From Anaerolineales bacterium (GTDB lineage: Bacteria; Chloroflexota; Anaerolineae; Anaerolineales; UBA6663): a stretch of DNA of 64,000 nt. The stretch's first letter is position 1. Each line of letters opens with the position of its first letter. The stretch spans positions 13,619 to 77,618 of the forward strand of contig JBGAJV010000010.1 of the NCBI GenBank assembly GCA_044224715.1. The letters run 5' to 3'. Positions 38,156-47,550 of the stretch are shown piece after piece. The translations under genes were made by a program, and so were the position numbers. The notes below the pieces were generated by a model. It did no database searches, was not told where the DNA came from, and saw only the letters and a program-made list of their open reading frames with translations.

Positions 38156-38620
38156 TCAACCACCGGTGACGGCGGCCAATGCGCGGGCCACGCTGTCTTT
38201 CGGGCTGACCTTGACCTGCACGTCGCTGAGGATGCCGTTGGCATCGACGACGAAGTGGCTGCGGATGATCCCCATGAACTTGTGTCCGTACAGCGAGCGC
38301 TCGCCCCACACGCCATAGGCCTCCGCCACCGCGTGATCCTCATCCGACAGCAACGTGAAAGGCAGCTTCTGCTTGGTGCGGAATTTGACGTGGCTCTTGG
38401 CGTTGTCCGGGCTGATGCCGAGCACGACGGCGTTGGCATCCGAGATCCTGGGCTGCGCGTCGCGAAAGCCGCAGGCCTGGGTTGTGCAGCCGGGTGTGTC
38501 GTCCTTCGGATAGAAGTACACGATCACCTGCCGGCCCCGCAGGTCCGACAGCCGCACGGGCTGGCCGTCCTGATCCGGCAGGGTGAAATCCGGGGCGGGG
38601 TCGCCGATCTTGAGCGTCAT
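38156..38620 (-). CDS. bcp: Thiol peroxidase, Bcp-type peroxiredoxin
   Basis: [28 protein letters not shown] lies upstream. Confidence 0.9.
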   Translation of the reverse strand: MTLKIGDPAPDFTLPDQDGQPVRLSDLRGRQVIVYFYPKDDTPGCTTQACGFRDAQPRISDANAVVLGISPDNAKSHVKFRTKQKLPFTLLSDEDHAVAEAYGVWGERSLYGHKFMGIIRSHFVVDANGILSDVQVKVSPKDSVARALAAVTGG

Positions 38621-38650
38621 GGGTCTCCTCGGGTCACGGGATGTGGGCGA

Positions 38651-38656
38651 ATTGTA
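38651..38656 (-). promoter_or_regulatory. -10 element TACAAT (minus strand) for bcp
   Basis: The reverse complement reads cgaTACAATtc, about 30 nt upstream of ATG 38620. Confidence 0.45.
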
Positions 38657-38665
38657 TCGCCCGGC

Positions 38666-39634
38666 CTACGGCACAAGGATGAGTTTGCCCGTGGTCTTGC
38701 GTGCCTCGAGGTCGCGATGCGCCTGAGCCGCCTCGGCCAGCGGATAGGCGGCGCCGATGGTCGCCTTGATCGCGCCGGCTCGCCACCAATCGAGCACGCC
38801 GGCCCAGCGCGCCCGCCGCTCCGACGTCGTGGCCGTGTAGTGGAACAACGTCGGGCGCGTGAGGAAGATCGAACCCTTCTGCATGAGCACGATCGGGTCG
38901 ATGCTCGGCGCTGGCCCGCTCGATCCGCCGAACAGCACGAGCATGCCGCGCGAGCGCAAGCAGTTCAGGCTTTTCTCGAACGTCGTCTTGCCGACCGAGT
39001 CGTAGACCACGTCGACGCCGCGGCCGTCGGTCAGGCGTTTCACCTCGGCCTCGAAATCGACCTCGGTGTAGAGGATCACGTCGTCGGCGCCGGCGGCGCG
39101 CGCCAGCGCGGCCTTCTCGGGCGTCGACGTCGTACCGATCACGCGCGCGCCGAGGTGCTTGGCCGCCGCGCACAGCAGCAACCCGACCCCGCCCGCGGCC
39201 GCGTGCACCAGTGCGGTCTGGCCGGCGACCAGGTGCCAGACGTCGGTGACGAGCATGTGGACGGTCATGGCCTGCAACGGGAGCGCCGCGGCGACCTTCA
39301 GGTCCATCTCGGTCGGCACGGGGAGTGCCACCGCGGCGGCGAAGACATGCTGGGCGGCATAGCTGCCCTGAGCCGTGGCCCAGGCGACGCGATCGCCCAC
39401 CTTGACGTCGGTCACGCCCGACCCGATCGCCGTGACGGTGCCGGCGCCCTCGAGCCCGGGGACGAAGGGCAGCTGCATCGGATAGCGACCCTCGCGATGA
39501 TAGACATCAATGAAGTTCACGCCGCTCGCGGCGACGTCGACCGCGATCTCGCCCTCGCCGGGCTGACGAGACTCTCGCTCGGCCAGTTGTAGTTGTTCGG
39601 GTCCGCCGCACACAGTGACCTGGATCGCGCGCAT
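38666..39634 (-). CDS. qor: NADPH:quinone oxidoreductase (zeta-crystallin-like MDR)
   Basis: VNFIDVYHREGRYP..PFVPGLEGAGTV and AAGGVG. AAGGAGAG lies upstream. Confidence 0.85.
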   Translation of the reverse strand: MRAIQVTVCGGPEQLQLAERESRQPGEGEIAVDVAASGVNFIDVYHREGRYPMQLPFVPGLEGAGTVTAIGSGVTDVKVGDRVAWATAQGSYAAQHVFAAAVALPVPTEMDLKVAAALPLQAMTVHMLVTDVWHLVAGQTALVHAAAGGVGLLLCAAAKHLGARVIGTTSTPEKAALARAAGADDVILYTEVDFEAEVKRLTDGRGVDVVYDSVGKTTFEKSLNCLRSRGMLVLFGGSSGPAPSIDPIVLMQKGSIFLTRPTLFHYTATTSERRARWAGVLDWWRAGAIKATIGAAYPLAEAAQAHRDLEARKTTGKLILVP

Positions 39635-39699
39635 CGGAGCTCTCCTTGACCATTCAAACGTGGATTTCGGGGATAGCTAGAGTGTAACATCGCCGCCGC

Positions 39700-39859
39700 G
39701 CACTGCTAAGCCAACGCGTGTGTCTGAGCGGGTCGTCAGCGCGTCTTGCCGCAGATTGCGCTGTTGACGGGGATTTGAACGATTGGAGCCCTGCCGGCAT
39801 CGATCCCGTTCGCTTCAGCGAAATCCGCGCCATCAGCGGCCAGATCCCGAGCCTGACAA
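39700..39859 (-). repeat. Dispersed palindromic intergenic repeat, copy B (inverted relative to copy A)
   Basis: The reverse complement of 39784-39859 aligns to 15607-15682. The block gccaacgcgtg at 39710-39720 matches 15778-15788. Confidence 0.7.
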
Positions 39860-39935
39860 CCGCCTCGTGCACACGCCAACTGCTGCGACCAGTAGGCACG
39901 ATCACGGGCGCCGCGAAGGCCCAGGACATCGCCCG

Positions 39936-39941
39936 CTATAA
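39936..39941 (+). promoter_or_regulatory. -10 element TATAAT upstream of the membrane-protein gene
   Basis: cccgCTATAATCgtg, the same context as 1051 and 4154. ATG 39962 lies about 14 nt downstream of the expected transcription start site. Confidence 0.5.
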
Positions 39942-39961
39942 TCGTGAGGCAGTTTCACCCC

Positions 39962-41827
39962 ATGTCGACTTCCCCGTTGCCTCAGACCCAAGCGACCGCC
40001 TCGCCACCGACCTGGCGCGCCTGGGCGTTCCGTCTCGCACCGCTGGCGGCGCTGTTGCTCATGGCCGTGTGGGCCTGGCGCGTGTGGGATCCTGTCCATC
40101 AGTTGCCCAACGACCCGGGCCGCAGCCCGATGGGCTACGGCGACGTGCTCGAGGTCACCTGGGGCCTCCAGTGGTATTACGACGCGCTCATCCTGCGCGC
40201 GCATCCGCTCGACGTCTACCCCGGCATCTTCGCGCCCGACGGCTGGCAAGTCGGCACGCTCGCGCACGGCCCCGGGCTCTTCATCGCCTTCATGCCGTTT
40301 GTGTCAATCGGCGGCCCGGCGCTGGCTTATACGCTCAGCCTGTGGGTAGCCTTCGCGCTGACGTACTTCGGCACCTATCGTCTCGCCAGACGCTTCGTCG
40401 ATCGGCCGTGGGCCATCGCCGTCGCCCTGTTCGTCACGTTTTGGGGCTACCGGTGGATGCGCCTCGGCGGCCAGCCCAATATCCTGCTCGGCGCCGGACT
40501 GTTGCCGTGGTTGATCGAGTGCTTCGAACGCGGGCGCTCGACCGGCCCGCGCGCCTGGGTGTGGGCCGTGTTCGGCGGCCTGCTCTGGGGCTATGCCGTC
40601 ACGTGTTCGTTGTACTTCGCCTGGCTTGGCGCTGTCACGCTCGGCGCCTGGGTGCTCGGCGTCGTGCTGAGCCGGAGCGATGACCGCGGCCAACTCGTGC
40701 GCGCCTTTGCGCTCATGGACGTGGTCGCGTTTGCGGTCAGCCTGCCGTACCTGCTCTGGTTTCAGGCCGCTTCGTCGCAGGCCGGCGCCGCGACCTTCGA
40801 TCTGGCGCAGCTCTCCGGCTGGGGCGCGAGCGTCAACGCCATGCTCGTCCCGTTCGCGCGGCATCCGCTCGAACTGGCACGCTCGCTCAACACGTGGGCC
40901 TATCACGGGGCGCCAAGCGAGTCGGGCACGCTCAGCCTTGGGCCCGTCGCCTTCGGGCTTGGTCTGGTTGGATTCGCCCTGGCGCGGCGCGAGCGGAACT
41001 GGTGGCCGGTGTGCGCGTTGACGTTCGTCGGGATGGCGCTCTCACTCGGACCGTATCTGCGTTGGGATGATCAGCTGATTCAGATCGAACATCCGGTTGT
41101 GCGCATGCTTAACACCGCGATCTGGACCGTGGGGCACGCCGTCAAGCCGGGGCTCTTTGCCGAGACGGCGCCACCCGACGTCTACGCCCGCGCGATCCCG
41201 TTGCCCGCGATCGTGCCGCTGATGTTCGTGCCCTATTGGGAGGGCGCGCGGATCTCGGCGCGCTATGCGCTGGTCGGCGGCATCGGCCTGTACCTGCTGG
41301 CCGTCTGGGCCGCGACCCGCAGCCGCCGGCGGTGGCTGACCGGGGTTCTGATCGTCGCGTTGGCGATCGAGTGGTGGCCGGCGCCGACGTACGGCGTGCC
41401 CTACCCGCTCACGCCCCATCCGGTCTTCGCCTGGGTCAGCGCCAACACGGCCCCCGACGCGGTCGTGGCGGACCTCTTCGCCGCGACCGGCGATCACGTC
41501 GAGCTGCGCATCAAACCGCAAACGCTGACCGCCACGTTGTTTCATGGCCGCGCCGCGCTTTCGGGAACAAGCAGCGTCCTCCCGGCCCATGCCGCCGACT
41601 GGCAGGCCTGGCTGGCGGCGCATCCGACCCCGTTCGCCGATCCGGGCTTTGCGGATCGGTTGCGCGCGGATCATGTCGGCGTGATCCTGATCCATGTGGT
41701 CAATCCGCAGTCGCAGGCCCTGGCCGATTCGGTTGCGGCCGACCCGGCCTGGCACTTCGTCGACTGCGTCGACCCGACGACCGAGCTCTCTCCCTGGCCA
41801 TATCCGATCTGCATCGTGACGCCCTGA
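39962..41827 (+). CDS. Polytopic membrane protein, possibly GT-C-like (family unclear)
   Basis: 621 aa from ATG 39962. The first loop is GYGDVLEVTWGLQWYYDAL..YPGIFAPDGW, with about 12 TM helices and a soluble C-terminal domain. Confidence 0.6.
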   Translation: MSTSPLPQTQATASPPTWRAWAFRLAPLAALLLMAVWAWRVWDPVHQLPNDPGRSPMGYGDVLEVTWGLQWYYDALILRAHPLDVYPGIFAPDGWQVGTLAHGPGLFIAFMPFVSIGGPALAYTLSLWVAFALTYFGTYRLARRFVDRPWAIAVALFVTFWGYRWMRLGGQPNILLGAGLLPWLIECFERGRSTGPRAWVWAVFGGLLWGYAVTCSLYFAWLGAVTLGAWVLGVVLSRSDDRGQLVRAFALMDVVAFAVSLPYLLWFQAASSQAGAATFDLAQLSGWGASVNAMLVPFARHPLELARSLNTWAYHGAPSESGTLSLGPVAFGLGLVGFALARRERNWWPVCALTFVGMALSLGPYLRWDDQLIQIEHPVVRMLNTAIWTVGHAVKPGLFAETAPPDVYARAIPLPAIVPLMFVPYWEGARISARYALVGGIGLYLLAVWAATRSRRRWLTGVLIVALAIEWWPAPTYGVPYPLTPHPVFAWVSANTAPDAVVADLFAATGDHVELRIKPQTLTATLFHGRAALSGTSSVLPAHAADWQAWLAAHPTPFADPGFADRLRADHVGVILIHVVNPQSQALADSVAADPAWHFVDCVDPTTELSPWPYPICIVTP

Positions 41828-41838
41828 CGGCGCCGCGG

Positions 41839-42183
41839 TCAGCGCGCATCCGGCGTCAGGCGGCGCAGCACCGTGCCGGCCAGGATCCCGAACACCGCCA
41901 CGCCCAGCGGCAGAAGGATCAGCGGCAGCAGCGCCGACGTGTACGGCGACGGCGTGTCAAAGAGATCGGCGACGGCGCGCGCCGACACGAGGCACAACCC
42001 CATCACGGCCGCCCACACCCAGGCGAGACGCGGATTCAGCGCGCCCAACAGCACGCCCGAAGCGAGCAGCAACGCGGCCGGCAGCTCGAGCGTGGTTTGA
42101 ACGGCATCCACGAGACCGACGACAGCGCCCAGCACCATCGCTGAAGCGGCCACGATCAGCTTGCCACCAAACGAGAGCGACAT
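41839..42183 (-). CDS. Small membrane protein, hypothetical
   Basis: ATG 42183 is preceded by AGGAGG and lies 1 nt after the VanZ-like stop. It has 3-4 TM helices. Confidence 0.55.
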   Translation of the reverse strand: MSLSFGGKLIVAASAMVLGAVVGLVDAVQTTLELPAALLLASGVLLGALNPRLAWVWAAVMGLCLVSARAVADLFDTPSPYTSALLPLILLPLGVAVFGILAGTVLRRLTPDAR

Positions 42184-42184
42184 G

Positions 42185-42910
42185 TCAACCTCCTGAGCCC
42201 GCCGATCGCGGCCAATGGCGGATACATTCACTCAGCAGCCAGAAGGCCGCCAGGCCAAGCGCGTCCGCGAGCAGATCGGTCAAATCCTGGCTGCGCCACG
42301 GCGTCAGACCCTGCGCCAGTTCCTCGATCGCGGCCAGCGCCAGCGGCAGCGCGATCGCCACGGGCACATCGAAACGCCCGAGACGCCAGCGCCGACCATC
42401 CAGCGCCAGGTTCGTCCAGAACGCCGCGGCCCCGATCAACCCGGCATGAAGCAGCTTGTCGGCGCCGGGCACCGCCAGCAGGGCGACGGGCGTGCGCGCG
42501 CGATACCCGAGCTGCATGCCGATCGCGATGAGCGCCACTTGGGCGACAAGACCGGCCCGCCAGCGCGTTGTGCCTTCGGCGCGCCAAAGCCCGAAAGCCG
42601 CTGCCGCCACGCCCGCCCCAAGCCCGGCGCCCAGCCAGACATCGCGCGCAGCTTCGCTCCAGACCTGTGGGACGAGGAGCACCACACCGGCCACACCCAG
42701 TGCCGTGACCGTCGGCCGCAGCCCCCAGACATCCAACGCCGTCGAAGCCAGCGCCGCGGCCACACAGCCGGCCCATACACTCAAAGGCTCGAGCCGGGCG
42801 CCCGTCAGCGCGAGCATGCCGGCGCTTCCGAAAGCCAGGCAGGCCGCGGACAAGGCTCGGGTCAGGACGGGGACCAGCCCGCCGGAACCCGCGAGAATCA
42901 ATCGAGACAT
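42185..42910 (-). CDS. VanZ-like family membrane protein
   Basis: ATG 42910 is preceded by GAGGAGA. The C-terminal half reads DKLLHAGLIGAAAF...IEELAQGLTPWRSQDLTDLLADALG, a VanZ-like pattern. Confidence 0.6.
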   Translation of the reverse strand: MSRLILAGSGGLVPVLTRALSAACLAFGSAGMLALTGARLEPLSVWAGCVAAALASTALDVWGLRPTVTALGVAGVVLLVPQVWSEAARDVWLGAGLGAGVAAAAFGLWRAEGTTRWRAGLVAQVALIAIGMQLGYRARTPVALLAVPGADKLLHAGLIGAAAFWTNLALDGRRWRLGRFDVPVAIALPLALAAIEELAQGLTPWRSQDLTDLLADALGLAAFWLLSECIRHWPRSAGSGG

Positions 42911-43057
42911 GCCGTTCTCCTCGAACTGTGCGGTTGCGGTCGAAGCGAATGCGCTTCGTGGAACGGTCGCCAGTGTGGCAGTTTCCTCCGACGGGCGACA
43001 CCGCTCGAGGCATCCCGGATGCGCACCCGGGTGCTTGTACGCGCCAGCCGAAAGCCT

Positions 43058-43063
43058 TACTGT
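43058..43063 (+). promoter_or_regulatory. -10-like TACTGT, 6 nt upstream of ATG 43070
   Basis: TAnnnT hexamer, N6, then ATG, with no Shine-Dalgarno sequence. Confidence 0.35.
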
Positions 43064-43069
43064 CGGGCG

Positions 43070-44473
43070 ATGCGCCAAGTCGCGCGGCTCGCACTCACCG
43101 CCTATCGGATCCTCGCCATCGCGATCGCGGTCGGCCTGATCGTGCTCAATGCCCGTCTGTACCACGGGCCCGGCGCCACCTACACGCGCCCCATGCTCGG
43201 CGCCGACGTCGTCGCCGAACTGCGCGGCCTCCGCGTCCAGCTCAAGTCCGGCGCCGGCGACGCCATGCAGGAGCTCTTCCCCGAGGGCTTCTTTTTTGCC
43301 CATGTGTTGTATGGGCTGAGCTGGGTCGAGGTCGGTCTGCGGGCGGCGCCCGGCGAGCCGCTCTGGCTCGAGGCGCTGGACGAGGCGCGGTGGGCCAGCG
43401 CGCGTCTCGACACGCCGGCCGGGCGCGCGCCGTTCTCGGCCGATCTGGTCCCAACGTATGGCGTCTTCTATCTGGGCTGGCGCAGCTGGCTCGACGGCGG
43501 CATCCAGCTGATGCAGCCGGACGCTCTGCGGCCCGTCGACGAACGAGCCGCCTACGAGGCGGAACTGGCGACACTGGCGGCTGCCTTTGACGCTGCCCCA
43601 TCTCCGTATCTCGAGAGTTATCCGGGTCAGGCCTGGCCCGTCGACAGCGTGGTCGCGGTCGCGGCGCTACGCCTACACGACAAAGTGGCGGCGCCCCGGT
43701 ATGCCGCGACCATCGCGCGTTGGCTGGATCAGGTGCGCGACCTATCGACGCCTGACGGCGGGCTTCTGGCGCATCGGACCGAACCCGGCACGGGTCGTTC
43801 GCTCGAAGGCCCGCGCGGCACGTCGCAGAGTCTGACCGCGCGGTATCTCACCGAGATCGATCCGGGTCGCGGCGCGGCGTTCTATCAGCTCTATCGCGCC
43901 AAGTTTGTGCAGCCGTTCCTGGGCGTGCCCGGCGTGGTCGAGGCGCCCGGACAAGCGGCCTGGCTCGCCGACGGGGACGTCGACTCGGGGCCGCTGCTGT
44001 TCGGTTTCAGCGCCTCGGCCACGATGGTCGCTCTGGCCGCCGCGCAGGTCAACGACGACGTCGCCGTGCGCGACGCCCTGATCCCGGCGACCGAGGCCGT
44101 CGGGCTCCCGCTCTCGCTTGGCGGCCACAAGCACTATGCGCTCGGCTTGCTCCCGATCGGCGACGCGTTCATCGTGTGGGCCAAGACCAGCAGCCGCTGG
44201 ATCCCGGGTGACGCCGCGGTGACCGAGTTGCCCGAGATCGTCGACCCGGGCTGGCGTCTGCCCTTCCACGCCGTGACGGTGGGCCTGCTGGCGTTGCTGG
44301 GGCTGCCCGAGTACGCTGCCCGTGCCGTAATACGCAAGCACACGGCCAGGCCGGTTTCGACCGGACAGCCCAATTCACGGAAATCCCGGATCGTCACGAC
44401 ACGGGCGGTAACCAATCCAGACCGCTCCACGCCATCGGTGTACAAGATGGGGCCTCACTCTGGAAGCGTCTGA
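43070..44473 (+). CDS. Membrane-anchored hypothetical protein (helical repeat/alpha-barrel-like ectodomain?)
   Basis: 467 aa. It has an N-terminal TM helix (ILAIAIAVGLIVL) and a C-terminal TM helix (VTVGLLALLGL). I recognised no family motif. Confidence 0.55.
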   Translation: MRQVARLALTAYRILAIAIAVGLIVLNARLYHGPGATYTRPMLGADVVAELRGLRVQLKSGAGDAMQELFPEGFFFAHVLYGLSWVEVGLRAAPGEPLWLEALDEARWASARLDTPAGRAPFSADLVPTYGVFYLGWRSWLDGGIQLMQPDALRPVDERAAYEAELATLAAAFDAAPSPYLESYPGQAWPVDSVVAVAALRLHDKVAAPRYAATIARWLDQVRDLSTPDGGLLAHRTEPGTGRSLEGPRGTSQSLTARYLTEIDPGRGAAFYQLYRAKFVQPFLGVPGVVEAPGQAAWLADGDVDSGPLLFGFSASATMVALAAAQVNDDVAVRDALIPATEAVGLPLSLGGHKHYALGLLPIGDAFIVWAKTSSRWIPGDAAVTELPEIVDPGWRLPFHAVTVGLLALLGLPEYAARAVIRKHTARPVSTGQPNSRKSRIVTTRAVTNPDRSTPSVYKMGPHSGSV

Positions 44474-44529
44474 CGCATCGACCGAGCACACGTCCCGCTT
44501 GGGCCGAGCGATCACATTCCGGTTTGTAG

Positions 44530-44535
44530 TACAGT
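44530..44535 (+). promoter_or_regulatory. -10-like TACAGT, 6 nt upstream of ATG 44542
   Basis: TAnnnT hexamer, N6, then ATG, with no Shine-Dalgarno sequence. Confidence 0.35.
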
Positions 44536-44541
44536 CAAGCC

Positions 44542-45276
44542 ATGTTGACCCTGCTCCTGGTCGAAGATAATGACAAACTCCGCCCCGCGCTCAAATTGGG
44601 GCTCGCCGCCACGGGCCAGGTGCGCGTCCTCGACACGGCGCGCACCGGTGAAGACGCCCTGGCGTTGTGTCTGGCGACGCCGCCCGAGGCGATCCTTATG
44701 GACGTGCAGCTGGCCGGCCCGATGAACGGGATCGAGGCCGCGGTCGCCATCCGGCGTGAGTTTCCGCGTCTGCCCGTCGTCTTTTACTCCATCCAGGACG
44801 ACGACGCGTACTATCGCGCCTTTCGCGCCTCGGGCATCCTCAGCCACTACGCCTACGTGCGCAAGTCGAACTACCTGCTGCCCGACATGATCGTGCCGCT
44901 CCTGCGCGACGCCGCCGCCGGGCGCAGCTTCATCGATCCCGAGATCGAGGCGCGCGTGCAGGAAGTGCGGCATCAGGACGAGAACTCGCCCTTCGCCCTG
45001 CTCGAGCCGAACGAGCAACAAGTCGCGCGTCTGATCGCGCAGGGGCAGACCAACGAGCAGATCGCAGCGCGTCTGGGGTTCAAGGACAAACGCACGATCA
45101 GCCGTGTCAACGGTCAGATCTACGCGGCCTGGGGCCTTGACATCAGCACCACCGACGAGAAGGCAGCGCGCACGCGCGCGGCGCTGATCGCCAGCCGCAA
45201 CCGACTGATGCTTTGGGATGCCGACGGCACGCCGCGCGTCATGAACGAGCGCGGCGAGTGGGTCGTCGACGCCTGA
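44542..45276 (+). CDS. NarL/LuxR-family response regulator
   Basis: The receiver domain reads LLVEDND..ILMDVQLAGPMNG. The C-terminal HTH reads LEPNEQQVARLIAQGQTNEQIAARLGFKDKRTISRV. Confidence 0.85.
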   Translation: MLTLLLVEDNDKLRPALKLGLAATGQVRVLDTARTGEDALALCLATPPEAILMDVQLAGPMNGIEAAVAIRREFPRLPVVFYSIQDDDAYYRAFRASGILSHYAYVRKSNYLLPDMIVPLLRDAAAGRSFIDPEIEARVQEVRHQDENSPFALLEPNEQQVARLIAQGQTNEQIAARLGFKDKRTISRVNGQIYAAWGLDISTTDEKAARTRAALIASRNRLMLWDADGTPRVMNERGEWVVDA

Positions 45277-45283
45277 CGCCGCC

Positions 45284-47476
45284 ATGACGGGCATCCTGCC
45301 GATCGACTGGCTTGTTCTGACGGTCTCGCTGTTCAACACCGGGCTGCTCGCCTGGCTCGGGTTGACTGTGCTGCTGACGGCGCAACCGCGCACACCGGGC
45401 GCCGTCGCGGCCGGGGCGAGCCTGCTCGTCGCAGCCGCTTTCTTCGTCAGCCATTCGGCCATCGTCGGCCAGCCGCTCCACAGCGCCCCCGGGCTCGAAA
45501 TCCTGTGGCAGGTTTCGTACTACGCGGTCGTCGCGCTGCCCGCTGCCTGGTACGGCGTCGTGCTGTGGTATGCCGGATTTTGGACCGCCCCCACCTCGGC
45601 GCTGCGCAGACGCCACACGCCGCTGGCCCTGGCGATCGCCGTGCTGCTGATCCTTCTGCTTGCGCTGCTGGCTTTCGGCAAAGCCCTGCCCACGCTGACC
45701 CAGGCCCTCAACCTGGAACTGTCGACTCCCGATCGCGCGGCCCAGATGACGCGCTTCGGCTGGATCTATCCGCTGTACGGCGTACTCAGCCTCGGCGCCG
45801 CGCTGGACGCGCTCCTGCGCCCTGGCCCCGCCACGCGAGCCACCGCCGCGCCCGCGCGCCGACGCGCCCAACCGTGGTTGCTGGCGGCCTCGGTGTTGCT
45901 GATCGCGGTCGGGCTTGTGGCGAGCTTCGGGCTACAGGCCGCGACGCAGTCGTTCAGCCGGGTCGAGGATTTCGCGAGTCGGGCGCAGACGTATCTGTGG
46001 CTGGTCGGTCTCGACATCCTGGCCGCGGCGTTGATCGGCATGATCGGTCTCGTCATCGGTCAGGCGCTCGCCGAGTACGAGGTCTTCACCGGTCGCAGCC
46101 TGCCGCGCCGCGGTCTGCGGCGCTACTGGCGACGCGCCGTGGTCTTGTGCGCGGGTATCAGCCCGCCGGTCGCCCTCGCCCTCGTGCGCCGTTCGGAGCC
46201 CGTGTACGTCGTGCTACTGACGCTCGGGATCCTGATCACGTTCTATGCCCTGGTCAGCTGGCGCTCGTTCATCGAGCGCGAGCGAACCGTGAGCCTGTTG
46301 CGGCCTTTGACGGCGGACGCGCTGTCCTGGATGCGCTCGCCCGGCCGACCGCGCGTCGCCAGCGATGCTGACGCCGACGCGTCGACGCTGGGCGTCAACG
46401 CGCCGGCCTTGCTGACCGCGCTCTGTCGCGACAGCATCGGCGCCACCCGCGCGTTGGTGATCCCGCAGGGGCCGCTCGCCCCGCTGGCCGGGCAAGCGCT
46501 GCAGTACCCGGCCTCGACGGCGCCGCCGCCCGCCCTCGACCTCGCCCGACTGCGCGCGGCGCTCGAGGTCGCCGGCGCACTGGGAACGTCGCTCGACCCG
46601 ACCGAATGGGATGGGCTTGTCTGGGCCGTGCCGCTGTGGAGCGAGCGCGGGCCGATCGGCGTGTTGATGCTTGGGCCCAAAGCCGACGGCGGCCTGTACG
46701 CCCAGGAGGATATCGAGGTCGCGCGCGCCGGCGGCGAGCGTTTGCTGGACGCGCTGATCAACGCCGGACTGACGCATCGTCTGATCGCGCTGCAACAACG
46801 TCGGCTCGCCGAAGGCCAGGTGCTCGACCAACGGCTGCGTCGCGAACTCCACGACGAGATCCTGCCGCGACTGCATGCCGCGATGCTCACGCTCAACGAC
46901 CCCGGCGCGCTCAGACCCGGACTTCAGGAGCTCGCCGGCGTGCATCACGCGCTCTCGGATCTCGTTCGCGCGATGCCGAACGCCTCGGCCCCGGAGGTGC
47001 GGCGCCATGGGTTCTTCGGCGCCCTGCATCAGGTGGTCGACGTCGAATTGAAGGGCGCCTTCGATCGCGTAGCCTGGGAGACGTCGCCGGATGTCGAACG
47101 CGCCGCCGCATCGCTGCCCGATTTCGCAGCCGAAACCCTGTACTTCGCGGGGCGCGAGGCCCTGCGTAACGCGGCGCGCCACGGCCGCGGCGGCGACGCC
47201 AAACGCCGACTCGCAGTGACGATCTCGGCCGATGTCACGCCGGCCGCCGGGCCGGGCCCGAGCGGCGCGCGCCGGGTCCGCCTGACCATCGCCGATGACG
47301 GGGTCGGCGTGGCCCTCGCCGGCCCGACCGCCGGCACCCAACATGGCCTGACGCTGCACACCACGCTGATGGCGGTGGCCGGCGGCGGCCTCGACCTCGA
47401 AAGCCGGCCCGCGAGCGGCACACGGGTTGAACTGCACATGCCCCTCGACGGCCTGACCCGTCACGCCGCGGTCTGA
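45284..47476 (+). CDS. Membrane sensor histidine kinase (HisKA_3/NarX-type)
   Basis: About 7 N-terminal TM helices. The H-box is RELHDEILPRLHAA, the N-box is EALRNAARHG, and the G-box is IADDGVGV. Confidence 0.8.
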   Translation: MTGILPIDWLVLTVSLFNTGLLAWLGLTVLLTAQPRTPGAVAAGASLLVAAAFFVSHSAIVGQPLHSAPGLEILWQVSYYAVVALPAAWYGVVLWYAGFWTAPTSALRRRHTPLALAIAVLLILLLALLAFGKALPTLTQALNLELSTPDRAAQMTRFGWIYPLYGVLSLGAALDALLRPGPATRATAAPARRRAQPWLLAASVLLIAVGLVASFGLQAATQSFSRVEDFASRAQTYLWLVGLDILAAALIGMIGLVIGQALAEYEVFTGRSLPRRGLRRYWRRAVVLCAGISPPVALALVRRSEPVYVVLLTLGILITFYALVSWRSFIERERTVSLLRPLTADALSWMRSPGRPRVASDADADASTLGVNAPALLTALCRDSIGATRALVIPQGPLAPLAGQALQYPASTAPPPALDLARLRAALEVAGALGTSLDPTEWDGLVWAVPLWSERGPIGVLMLGPKADGGLYAQEDIEVARAGGERLLDALINAGLTHRLIALQQRRLAEGQVLDQRLRRELHDEILPRLHAAMLTLNDPGALRPGLQELAGVHHALSDLVRAMPNASAPEVRRHGFFGALHQVVDVELKGAFDRVAWETSPDVERAAASLPDFAAETLYFAGREALRNAARHGRGGDAKRRLAVTISADVTPAAGPGPSGARRVRLTIADDGVGVALAGPTAGTQHGLTLHTTLMAVAGGGLDLESRPASGTRVELHMPLDGLTRHAAV

Positions 47477-47504
47477 TCGTAATAGTTGTCCCGCCGCCAA
47501 AACG

Positions 47505-47540
47505 AAACCGCCCGACGCATGCGTCGGGCGGTTTCGCGCT
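47505..47540. terminator. Bidirectional hairpin terminator
   Basis: Palindrome aaaccgcccgacgc/gcgtcgggcggttt between convergent genes. Confidence 0.75.
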
Positions 47541-47550
47541 CTTCTTCGTT

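Noticed and set aside
39764-39780. tRNA-like T-loop string (reverse complement reads cgTTCAAATCCcc) inside repeat copy B
   Set aside because: The flanking bases cannot form a T-stem (aatcg vs ccccg). No acceptor, D or anticodon arms can be drawn. It is a chance resemblance within the palindromic repeat.
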